A DNA stretch of 64,000 nt from Stegostoma tigrinum (lineage: Eukaryota), in contig NC_081374.1 in the NCBI RefSeq assembly GCF_030684315.1, forward strand, positions 21,555,978 through 21,619,977, written 5' to 3'. Each line of letters opens with the position of its first letter. Position 1 is the stretch's first letter. The notes beneath the pieces were generated by a model. The model ran no database searches, was not told where the DNA came from, and saw only the letters and a list, made by a program, of their open reading frames with translations. The translations under genes and the position numbers were made by a program. Below are positions 51,985-64,000 of this stretch, piece after piece.

Positions 51985-53485
51985 AAGGTTACTACAGGAA
52001 GCGAGGGAGGAGATTGCTACGTCTTTGGTGATGATCTCTGCATCGTCACAGTCCACTGGAGTCGTACCAGATGATTGGAGGGTGGCAGATGTTATTTCCT
52101 TGTTCAAGAAAGGGAATAGGGATAATTCCTGGGAATTACAGACCAGTCAGTCTTACTTCTATGATGAGCAAATTGTTTGAGAGGATTCTGAGAAATAGTA
52201 TTTATGATATTTGGAAAAGCGCAGTTTGATTAGGAATAGTCAGCATGGCTTCGAGAGGGACAGTTAATGCCTCAAGCCTTATTGAATTCTTTGAGGATGT
52301 GACAAAACACATTGATGAAGGTAGAGCAGTGGATATGGCATACATGCTTTAGCAAGGCATATGATAAGGTTCCCCATGGTAGGCTCATTCAGAAAGTAAG
52401 GAGGCATGGGATCCAGGGAAATCTGGCTGTGTGGATACAGAATTGACAGTCCAATAGAAAAGAAGGTGGTAGTGCATGGAAAGTATTCAGATTGGAGCTC
52501 AGAGACCAGTGGTGTTCCACAGGGATATGTTCTGAGACCTCTGCTCTTCATGATCTTTAGAAATGACTTGGATGAGGAAGAAGGGTGGGTTAGTAAGTTC
52601 GGCCGATAACACAAAGGTTGGAGGAGTTGTGGACAGTGTGGAGGGCTGTTGTAGGTTGCAATGGGACATTGACAGGATGCAGAGCTGGGAAAAGAAGTGG
52701 AAGATGGAATTCAACCCAGGAAAGTGTGAAGTGATTAATTTTGGAAAGGTCGACTTTGAATGCAGAACTCAGGGTTAATGGCAGAATTCTTGGCACAGTG
52801 GAGGAACAGAGGGATTCTGGAGTCCACATCCATTGATCCCTCAAAGTTGCCACCCAAGATGATAGGGTTGTTGAGAAAGCATATGGTGTGTTGGCTTTCT
52901 TGGGACGGGAGTTGTGTTTAAGAACCGTGAGGTTATGCTGCAGCTCTGTAAAACTCAGGTTAGACCACACTTGGCCTATTGTGTTCAGTTCCAGCCACCT
53001 CATTATAGGAAGGATGTGGAAGCTTCAGAGAGGGTGCAGAAGATTTACCAGGATGCTGCCTGGGCTGGAGGGCTGGTCTTATGAGGAAAGGGTGAGGGAG
53101 ACGGGGCTTTTTGCATTTGAGCAGTGAATAAGAGGCAACTTGATAGAGGTGTACATGATGATAAGGAGGCATTGGCAGAGTGAATAGCCAGAGACCTTTG
53201 TCCCCCAGGGTGGAAATGACTATTATGAGGGGGCACAATTTTAAAGGTGATTGGGGAAAGGTATAGGGGAGATGTCAGAGGTTAAGTTCTTAACACCACA
53301 TGTGATGGGCGCGTGGAATGAGCTGCCAGTGGTGGTAGTGGGTCAAATACATTAGGGACATTTAAGCGACTCTTGGTAAGGCACATGGATGATAGTAAAG
53401 CGTAGGGTAGTTTAATCTTAGCGTAGGATAACAGGTTGGTACATTTTGGGCCGAAGGGCCTGTACTGTGCTGTACTGTTTTATAT
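51985..53485 (+). mobile_element. CR1 LINE 3' 1.5 kb, antisense within an SRPK1 intron
   Basis: DWRVADV..LFKKG, NYRPVSLTS, SQHGF, SGVPQG..RPLLF and DDTK-like motifs with frameshifts; same subfamily as 20325-21740. Confidence 0.93.
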
Positions 53486-56400
53486 TGATAAATAATACCT
53501 GAATTACATGGATGGAAAAGCCGCAAAGATTTCAAATTGCTTCAGGTATTTTCTGTAGCAGGCGACTCACTGACTCAGGTCTGACTTTGGCATATGTCAA
53601 AATTCTTAATTTTAACCATGGGATCAGAAGACTGCAAATCCTTACCTCAGAACTTCCCCCAAAAGGACACAGACACAGCTGACTCCATTTTAAAAAAGGA
53701 ACTAAATGGGTTGTGTAAGTGACAATTTCCATGAAATTATGTAATGCAGGCAAGTGATCAGGTGAGTATTAAAGTTCTTCAGCAGTAAAACAAAACTTGC
53801 AACACATGATTATAGACATTCAATAACGTTTCCCAGTGTTAGTGTCATTAAATGTTAATCTATGCATACATCAAACAGAGCACTGCAAAGAAGTGATGTT
53901 GCTTCAGAGAATGAAGTATTCTTAAATGGTTCTAAAATATAGATTATCTGGCTATTTATTTTATTAATGGGGAGCTTACAGGGTACAAATTCACTGCCAC
54001 ACAGTTTCAATGCTGCAAGAATGACTGCACTTTAAAAGGTCTTTCATTGGCTGCAAAGTACTGTTCCTTGAGTAATCAAAGGGTGCAGGGAGAACAGTAG
54101 AATTGAAGCCATAGACTAATAGTGCACACAGTAAATGGTGAAGGGGGCTTGCCAGGCCATGTAGTCTATCCTGTTCTTACTTCTTGTGTTCTTATGCCCC
54201 AAGCTACTAAATTCAAGTGCTTCTTTCTCGGTGCATAACATGGTGCGAGTAAGGGAGAAAGGAAATACCTTTTCAGAATCACAGGGCAGAGAACCCAAAT
54301 GTGTATATGACAACTAGAATCAAAATCAAAATCATTCATTGAAGAGTCAACCTAAATCAGATATTTGCCTGCTGTTATCAAAAAAAGGAAATACTCAAAG
54401 ATTGACTGAAATTGAATGCAATGTCCTGTGCAGAAACAGGCTTACATTGTACAAACACTTAGCAACTGACTGGATCTAACATTCTAACAATCTTGGTGGC
54501 AAAGAGTAAGGTTCTGTAAACTTCTGAAAAAGGGTAATTTGTAAAGTGGCTGAATAAAATGAATAGTTATCAAGTAGCATCAATCTAGTACTAGAAAACC
54601 ATCAAAATCCAATAAGTTATGCATGCCATCAAACTAGAAGGATGCAAACAATAGGAGACAGCTCAGGTTGGTTTTCAAAAAAAGTAGTGAGGTTTTGTTC
54701 TGGATAAAAAGTAGTTTTGAAGCTGAAAAAGGGAAAGCAAATAATGGAATTACAAATGAAATAAAACTTTGATTGTGAAACACAGAATCTGGAATTTGAG
54801 TGAGCAAGTTAGACAGCTTAGTGAGTTGCGGTAATAATGATCAAAATTCCCTGTATCTTAGAACAACAGGCATCTCAACAGAAACAGGATAGCAGCATTT
54901 TGATTATCATCTGCAAGAATTGCATGACTTAACAGTACTCCACAAAAAATTAGGAAACAGGTCAGGAAGGCTCATATGTGTAACGCAATTTTGATGTAGA
55001 CAAAATAAGGTATGTAAAAGAATATGGACTTCCAGTTTATTTGGAAGGTTCAAAAGAAGAAATCAGGTTACTCTCTGAATTATCCAAACCGTCTGTACAT
55101 AGATAAAGTTGATTCTTCACCATTAAGTGTTTTGTTTTGCTTACCCGAACTATTATAAGACAACCCCATTCAATTCATTGCTCATTCTTAACAGGAAACA
55201 CCTTAAAATCATTAGCACACCATGCAATGGTGGTGAAAGAAGGAAAAAGGATTGATGTTTAACTCAGTGCAGAATAAGACAAAGTTATAAATAGTTTGTA
55301 CTACATACTGGTCTGCCTCACCATGAATACTCATATGTACAGTCCTGCAAAACAGAGAGAATACCAGATTTGAAGGAAATACAAAGACTTAAAGTTGGTA
55401 TATGGGATTGGGCAATTAGATTCTGAGGTACTAAGGAGGTTTACATTGAAAAATTGAGTCTTTGAAGTGACCTTACTGAAGTATTTAAAACCCAATAGAT
55501 TTCCAAAACTTTGATTGTTTGGATTATGAGTGCAGAAAGAAAGATTATTTTCTCTTGGCATCTGTGACAAGTGATCATTAAATGACCAAAATAAATGATA
55601 TCACGATGACACAGTGACATCATGAAGCCATAACAAATAATTTTGCTGAAATTGGACAGAGAAAGCTATAAAATATTTATTGAGAAGATATACTGTCAGT
55701 CAGTGTGAACAATACAAGAGAGACAGGAAAGAACACAAGAATTTTCAAAACAGGAATAGACTATATTGCCTTCAGAGCATATTCTGCCATTCAATAAAAA
55801 TATGGTTGAATTTCAACTCCACATTTCCACCAAAAGTCCATATCCTTCAAATCCCCTAGCTCCCAAAAACCCAAGTCTTGAATATACTGATTGATGGAGT
55901 TAATATAACTATGTAAATACACAGTTAAAATCGTACACAGACTTCCAACAAGATGCATATAGTATTCAATCTGTGATAAAGGAATCATTAGGTGTTTAAA
56001 CACATCCAAACAATGAGAAATAAAGGATTCTCAGCCTTCCTGGTGAAAGAATTTATCTTAGCTGCAAATGATCATGCCTTCACCCTGAGAATGATCCCCA
56101 TCATTGGAGAGTACGTGGACAGAGAAATCTCTCAACAACTATCCTGTCAAGCTCTCAACATACCAAAACAGAAGAACCTGATCCATCACAATATCATTTT
56201 TCTGTTAGTAACCAACTGTGATAGTGTAATCTTCAGAACCTTAAAAATTGTTCATAGATTGAAAACAGCAGCAATATTTCTGTCTGGAAGAAACTAAGGG
56301 ACAAGGTCAAACTTATACAGGAACTGAAAACAATCGGCCATGTTTGGGAGAAAGAGTCGCAAAACTACATAAACTGTTTTACAACTGTTTGGAAAAAGAA

Positions 56401-56502
56401 CTCTGGAGAACAATACTGCACAAGGATCGAATTCAGGATATCCAGAGACAAATACTGTCAGTTGGAATTGTAGCTAAATGTCATGGATCAGGTAATAGCC
56501 AA

Positions 56503-56705
56503 TAGAAATGCAGATGCTGTAAATTGGAAACAAAAAAATAAGTTGCTGGAAGAGCTCAGTAGGTCTGACTGCAACTGTGAAGAAAAATCAGAGTTAACGT
56601 TTCAAGTCTACAGAAGGGTCACTGCACCCAAAACGTTAACACTGATTTTTCTTCACAGATGCTGTCAGACCTACTGAGCTTTCCAGCAACTTCTGTTTTT
56701 GTTTC
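56503..56705. mobile_element. Palindromic Penelope pLTR-derived mini-insertion (family 2) with 15-bp target duplication
   Basis: Inverted arms about 56527-56607 and 56626-56705; flanking direct repeat tcaggtaatagccaa at 56488-56502 and 56704-56718. Confidence 0.85.
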
Positions 56706-57287
56706 AGGTAATAGCCAAGTTGAGTTGTGAGGCTTAACTTGCTTACTTGCAGGGTCTTATTTTAGTTGCGATATGCAACAAAGTTCAAACATGTTTCAGA
56801 ATTTGGATGTCAGCGAGATTGTCTAATAAGAAGCCGAAATAAAAGCAGCTTGTGGTAATTTGTTGACATTGTAATTTAAAAAAAACTGAACATATAAACA
56901 AAAGTTTAATGAACAGAAAATAATCTATCACAAGTTCACTGGCTGAAAATGCCTATATTTTTCAAATTTTTAATATATTAATTTATTATGATCAATTATA
57001 ACTATAATTAGATGCAAATAATCTCGACACACCAGACAAACTTGAGCAAAACATTTTTTGGAAACACCAAACTTAAAACAGAATGTGCAGTGTTGCATAA
57101 TTAACAAAAATGAAATCTGAAATGGCAATGACAAGGTAAATGTCACCCTAAGCAACTGATTTCTTCAGTTAAGTATCAAAAGGATGAACGTCGTTAGTAC
57201 ACCTAAAAGGTTCACAACAGAAACGCAAAGCCATGTACTAGGCCTAGCAGTAATTTCTAACTACAACCCAAATTATTGTCAGCGTTA

Positions 57288-57548
<261 letters not shown>

Positions 57549-57887
57549 TTATTAAAATAATTCTGAATGAAACATATGAGAAATGGATAGTTTAAAAATA
57601 TATTCTCTGATTAGGCACTTATTGGCATATACTGAATGTCTTCATTTAAATGAAAATTAAAAAGACTTTTTAAATCATCTGGCTAATGATTTTAGCTTGT
57701 GATGATACGAATGCTGTTGTAAATCCTGAAGCTCACAACAATTAACGTTTACTACCATTTTAGTGGGAAGTGTTTTTTTTAAACAGATAGCAGTTTTCCA
57801 TTCACATCAAATGTAATACACAAAACAGGTTATAATTAAATGCAAACAGGAAACTTTGTTTATAGTGAATTCCCAATATTCCATTTA

Positions 57888-58001
<114 letters not shown>

Positions 58002-58190
58002 CTAAACAAATACATTAACATTCACAATAAGCAAGTCTTGGGTGTTTTAATGGGTTTCTAATTCAATTTCCCCAAAGTTACAAAAAATTTAAAAAGTTCT
58101 AGATTATTAGATAATTACTTCAAAGATCTAGAGGAAAATATATGAAACAACTGTAAAGTAATTCTAATTCTTAAGAAATGAGGTAAATTA

Positions 58191-58391
<201 letters not shown>

Positions 58392-58414
58392 TTATTTTAA
58401 TTCGCTTTTTAAAA

Positions 58415-58733
58415 AATTCATTCACAGGATATGGGTGTCACCGGCTAGGCCAGCATTTATTACCCCTTCCTTGTTGCATTGTGTGTCAAACACATCACTG
58501 TGAAGTCACATGTAGGCCAGACTTGGTCAGGATGGCAGTTTTCTTCTCAAAAGAACATTAGTGAAACAACTGACAATGGTTTCATGGTCATCATTAGACT
58601 CCTAATTCCAGATACTTAGTGAATTCAAATTCCACCATCTGCCTTGGCAGGCTTCGAACCCAGGTCCCCAGAATATTACCAGGGTCTTTGGAGTAATAGC
58701 CCAGCAATAATACCACTGAGACATCACCTTCCC
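58415..58733 (-). mobile_element. DeuSINE/SacSINE1-like SINE
   Basis: Homologous to 49428-49818; B box GGTTCGAAGCC on -. Confidence 0.8.
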
Positions 58734-59101
58734 ATTTTGGAAAATACCAAACAGAAACAGATGCAAGATCTTGTTTATATTGGTAGATACTCTTCCAGCT
58801 AAGGCTCTCAATTTAGTGTATAACTGTTTTTGAGTTCAATATTTAATATAGCTTGAATTGAACCAACACAGCTGTTTGAAAAACATGAAGCAAAATGTTC
58901 TCATTATGTTGAACCAATGGTGGTGTCAGGTTTGCAAGGTGCTCCACTTAATTTGCTAGACATTTTATAAATGAAAGCAAAGATTACTTAGAAAGCAAGT
59001 ATAGGTCTCCTACCTGTACTCAAGTTCAAAATTTACCAGCAAGGAGCCAAACCTGGCCCTGCACACTGATCAGTAGCCAAATTAAGTTATAGCCAAGCAG
59101 A

Positions 59102-59104
<3 letters not shown>

Positions 59105-59156
<52 letters not shown>
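59105..59156. repeat. (AC)26 microsatellite, read as (UG)26 in SRPK1 pre-mRNA
   Basis: Perfect dinucleotide run. Confidence 0.97.
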
Positions 59157-59158
<2 letters not shown>

Positions 59159-60227
59159 TCTCCCTTCGTAGAAAACCCACATCTACCAATTTCAAAGGGA
59201 TGCTGTTAATTCTGATGAAATCAACATTTATTAAAATCAAATGAAACAGTGAGCAGTAACAGAAACAGTTGGCCAGGAATTTTTGCAAATGCAAGATCAA
59301 ACTTTTGTCAATGATTTAGGTTCATCTTGACGCTTACCATCTTTGGAAAAAATGGGTGTACATCTTGCTTCTTTTAATTAGCCCCCATCATCTGTACTGA
59401 GGTCCCCTTTTTTTAAATGAAGAAGTAATGTCTAAGACAGGTGTACAAGTAGTATTAAAATTTATTGACAGCAAGTTAGGAAAAACAAATTATAGGAATG
59501 TAACAGAACAGACAAATTTAGCACAGGTGACTGACACCATTCAATGAAGAGAAATATGAAGCAGCAATTCTGGGAAGAATGGTAAAATAACTTAACAGCA
59601 AATGTTTCATGTGTGAATGAACAAGGAATGCAAAAAGGTAATGAACAGAAACAAAAAAAAAAGTGATTAAAATAATAAAAATGAACATGCATTCTGAATT
59701 TTAAGTGAAGTGAAACTGGACTGGAAGAAGCTTTTTATGCAGTTCCAGGCACATGGCGAAAAGATCTTCGAAAACATAACAATAATGTTGGTGACAACAA
59801 GTTTGAAAATTTTTATTGTCCGCTCACTGAAGCAGGAGACATGGTCAAGAAAGATGGTAATTAATGTTTTGAAGTTTGAAATATGTGAACAGTGGAAGTG
59901 AGCTATCAAATGGCAGGTGGATCAGTAAAGAAAAATAAATTTTCTCACTTATAACTTGAGTATATAATTATCAGTGTACAACTTATCCATATGCAGGCAC
60001 AGCAGTAATTAAAGAAGTCAGTAGAATGTTACGGTTTATTGTGAAAAAACTGGATTAAAACAGGGACATTATGCTTCAATTACACAGGACTTTGAGGAAA
60101 CCTTATCTTATTTACAGAAGGATGTAAATGTTTTGAAAGAAGTTCACTGAGGGCTTGCAAGACTAACTCCTAAATGCTGCTCATACCAATTATTATACGC
60201 ATTTTACATATCTGAAATATAACCAAC

Positions 60228-60656
60228 CATTGTCTCCAGAGCTGCAAACAGAATCCTCTCTGCTTCTGTTCTGCTTGGTCTCATTCTCATCCAACGTGTT
60301 TCCACCTGAGTTCAAACTACTGGCCATTGATTCCAACATTCCAGTTATTAAAGGTCCTCGTGTTTCTGAAAAGTTATTCTGGCTATTTTGGTTCTTGCCT
60401 GTTCCATTTTGCAGAAGTCCATTTAACATGTCATAAGCACAAGGGAAGGAGAAGTCTCCAGCTCTGTAGAGTTCCTTAGCTTTACAATCATCAGTGTTTT
60501 GATTAATATCTTCCTTATTTTCTTCTGTTCCATTATTAACTTGATCAGAAAGAGGACCAACCTCTACATGTCCATTGCAGTTTATTGATTCTGTCCTTAT
60601 TTTTTCAGTAGTATCTTCTAAATGTTCTTGTTCTTTTTCTGGTGGCTCATTTTCAT
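60228..60656 (-). CDS. SRPK1: SRPK1 large spacer-domain exon (acidic, Asn/Ser-rich, likely disordered)
   Basis: Acceptor atatttatag|AT GAA and donor AAT G|gttggt; 429 nt open in frame (ORF 60193-60708); phase 1-1 agrees with the neighbouring exons. Confidence 0.85.
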
Positions 60657-61833
60657 CTATAAATATAGCACAAATTTGCAACATTTTCAGGTTTACAAAA
60701 TTAAGCAATGTACAACTGAATATTTGTTAAAATACTACCATTTATCTAAAAAGGTAGTTTCATCAAATTCAAACAAAAATCATTGTCAGTTTTACTGTAG
60801 CCATTCACCTTGCTTCTCTCTAACATTTCTTCTAAATTCACCAGAAACATTTCAGTAAGCATAAGAGCGAACCAGCCTGTGATTAAAGGAGCAACTCCTC
60901 ACAATTTCCTTCTACACTGTATTCACAGGGGCAGCTTTTCCAAAATAACTCTCCCCCACCCCATGCGCCAGTCCCACATCCTCTGTGGTTACTTTTTTGG
61001 CCCTGAACAAGGCCTTGTCTATCTTAAATTGTTCTGAAAGGGGAGTATATCTCAAAAACTGAGAGCAGCTGTCTCAAAATGCTACTTTACAGCGAACAAC
61101 ACAAGTTCTTCCCCCCCGCCCCCCCGGACTAACAGAATGTTATCATACAATCAAAAAGACACTGCCCACCAACAAATGAATCTTGTGCATGAGTTTCAGT
61201 TTTGGTGCAATCCACAGGTATGCAGACCACAGGCACTAGTGATCCATTACAAACTGCACATCACTGACAATTCAGTAGACAGCTTAGCAATTGTGCTCAT
61301 ATGGGCCTTGGCTTGCAAAGCTCAGAAGGCCATTTCTAACATCTGATGTGATTATATTAGACAACATACTCCTGACTATACCATAATCAATTCAAGATTA
61401 TCAGTAAGGCCTGTAGTGTGACGCATTTGTGCATCTAGAAGCTATATTTATTGACATATCAGATCCTATTGCATGGGTTTTCATCTAGAAAAGGGTTATG
61501 GAGAGTGCTGCACAGTCTACCTGCTTGCTGAGCCTTTTCAACTGAACACAAAGGTTACCAATTTCTGCTTTCTGCGTTTCTATCCCAAGCATAGTTCAAG
61601 TAATCAAAACCCTCTTCACAATCTGTATAAATTGGTGTTCCCTTTCCAAGCTTGGTTTCTTACGTCAGTCCGGATGGGTGCAAGATGAAGAGTTTTCATT
61701 TTACATATCATGTTTAAAAACATTTACATTCTGTGCCACCAAACTATAATAATATTCTGGGAACTGTGACAATTTGGAGATACTCATTCATTTCTAACCA
61801 CCTAACACATCAGTAATTAGCAGGAGTATTCTA

Positions 61834-62085
<252 letters not shown>

Positions 62086-63056
62086 CTACACAAAAATGCA
62101 ATAATTAAATTTACATGAAATATATACCTGTTAAAGAATAGCTTAATACTTTACTAATTCAATTATTCTCAGTTTCTCAATATCCAAAAATTTTACAAAT
62201 CCACAATTAAGTGGACACTTTTGATAAAAGCACTGTAATTCTGCGATTGAATGTCATCTCCCACTTCTATTCATGCCCTTCCTTATTATGCTATGCATTT
62301 CAATCAATCAGAATGATATCCACCGACACCAATTTCTCAGCACTCACTTATTTGCAGGTTGCATACTTCACCAGTTAACAGCACTGTCAATTACAAAATC
62401 CAGTTGGCTGCCTTCTATCAACTGGACTTGTAGAAAAGATTTTGCTCAAAGTACTGTACCGAAAATTGTGTTTCCTCATTTGGTAACCATAGCATTGTGT
62501 TGGATCCCTTAAAAGTGAGAAAAGGATTTCCCATTGCTTAATAAACTGGCGAGCTGATCACATGGTGAGCATATCTGTTGACTAGTGAGTCTTGCATCAT
62601 GTTTAGCAGATGCAGGATTTAGCAGCATTAAACTCAGTAGATTTTGAAACAAACTCAACTTGTACAGTTGTTTTATAACGATCAGGTTCTACATATGTCT
62701 CTAAGACAGTTTGCCGAAAAACCAGATTCTCTCAACCAAAAAAACCTCAAATTTAGCTGAGGGGGATTTCTGACCTGGAAGCATGCTATGGCACCATAGA
62801 GGTCTAGCTCTTTTGCCAGATTTTTCTTAATGTCATGCTGCAAGCTGTATTAAGGAGCCATTCAAACTTTAAACAGAATTGCACTTGTACCGTGCAATTC
62901 CAAGCTGTACAACTTAGCTGCTTTTGTTATAAAAAATCAGCCCAAGGTATCACATAATTCAAAAGGCCTCGATTATTTTTAAACTTCAATGACATTATTT
63001 AAATAAAAAGTTGTAATCAAGCTGGAATCAGCAAAATCATTGAGGTGGTTTTCTTT

Positions 63057-63430
63057 TTACATTCATTCGCAGAATGTAGATGACGACAGCTAAGGCAACA
63101 TTTGTTGGCCATCGTCAATTGCCTTGAAGGTGGTGGTGAGCTGCTTTCTTGAATGACTGAAGTCTATGTTGGATAGGTATATGCACAACTCTATTAGGGA
63201 GGGACTTTCAAAATTTTGACCCAGGACAGTGAAGGAACAGCAATATAGTTTCAAGGCAGTATGGTGTGCAGCTTGGGACAGTAAGTTGCAAATGGTGATT
63301 TTCTCATGCATCTGTCATCTTTATCCTTCTAGGTGTTAGACTTTGCATGTTTGGAAGAGCAGTGAAAGGAGACTTGATGAGTTACTGCAGTGCATCTTAA
63401 CTCTGCCAATGAGCAATGGTGGAGTGACTT
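63057..63430 (-). mobile_element. LINE 3' end of the same family as 8430-9398
   Basis: The reverse complement contains tcaagaaagcagctcaccaccaccttcaaggcaa...acatctacattctgcgaatgaat. Confidence 0.7.
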
Positions 63431-63813
63431 CATGTTGAAGGCATTAGGCTTGGTTCATTTTTAATACCATCACAATTTCCCACAAAACAATGCCAGAATC
63501 TTGACTCAATTATATGGAGTAACAAAAAAAAACAAGTATGCCCAGCCAATGTTGAAAAAAATAACTGACTATAATCAAAAATAAAACAAAAATGTAATTG
63601 CTTATACTTGGCTTCCATTGTATTTTCGGAAGGGTGTTCAAGAGTTCCTATTCAATACATTGACAGCATTTAAAGAAAACCATTGAACTTAAATATGCAT
63701 AATCAGGGACCAAAAGAATGGCAAGTCTTTTCTTTTCTTAGGAAACTGTACTTTTTTTTTTAAGAATGAGAAAATTAAGATTTTACAGCAGAATCTACAG
63801 GTTAAACACTTAC

Positions 63814-63839
63814 AGGTTTTGTTTTTGGTGCAGTACTCA
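63814..63839 (-). CDS. SRPK1: SRPK1 26-nt exon (V)STAPKTKP
   Basis: Minus strand reads ttttcttctcttttccttacag|TGAGTACTGCACCAAAAACAAAACCT|gtaagt. It matches the small VSTAP exon of SRPK genes; phase 1-0. Confidence 0.9.
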
Positions 63840-64000
63840 CTGTAAGGAAAAGAGAAGAAAAATAATGAAAACAAAACATTGGCAAGTCAGATATCAGCTT
63901 CTCTGAACAGGAAGCATTCTGCACAAAATTTAGGAGCAAACTGAGTTGATACAGCAAAGTCAGACTGCGTTCCCTGAAGACATTTTAACACCATAGCTTG

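Overview
This is AT-rich vertebrate genomic DNA. The HE1-type tRNA-derived SINEs, DeuSINE/SacSINE1-like elements, CR1 LINEs and Penelope fragments point to a cartilaginous fish (shark); the taxon is my inference. Two genes lie tail-to-tail. On +, an LHFPL tetraspan gene, most likely LHFPL5/TMHS by synteny, shows a 237-nt exon at 25270-25506 and a short stop-containing exon at 41150-41195; its first exon lies upstream of the window. On -, the 3' half of SRPK1 shows eight coding exons between 63839 and the stop at 49022, all with GT-AG boundaries and consistent phases. The rest is intron or UTR filled with decayed, often nested retroelements. I found no clearly new gene system. The best leads are: (i) short Penelope-derived insertions with inverted ends, 15-17 bp target duplications and minimal hammerhead-ribozyme cores; (ii) a candidate unannotated 94-nt poison exon in an SRPK1 intron, flanked by a (UG)26 tract, a UGCAUG and YCAY clusters; (iii) inverted SINEs around the stop-free 237-nt LHFPL exon. 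Repeat family names and protein comparisons come from recalled consensus features, not database searches.
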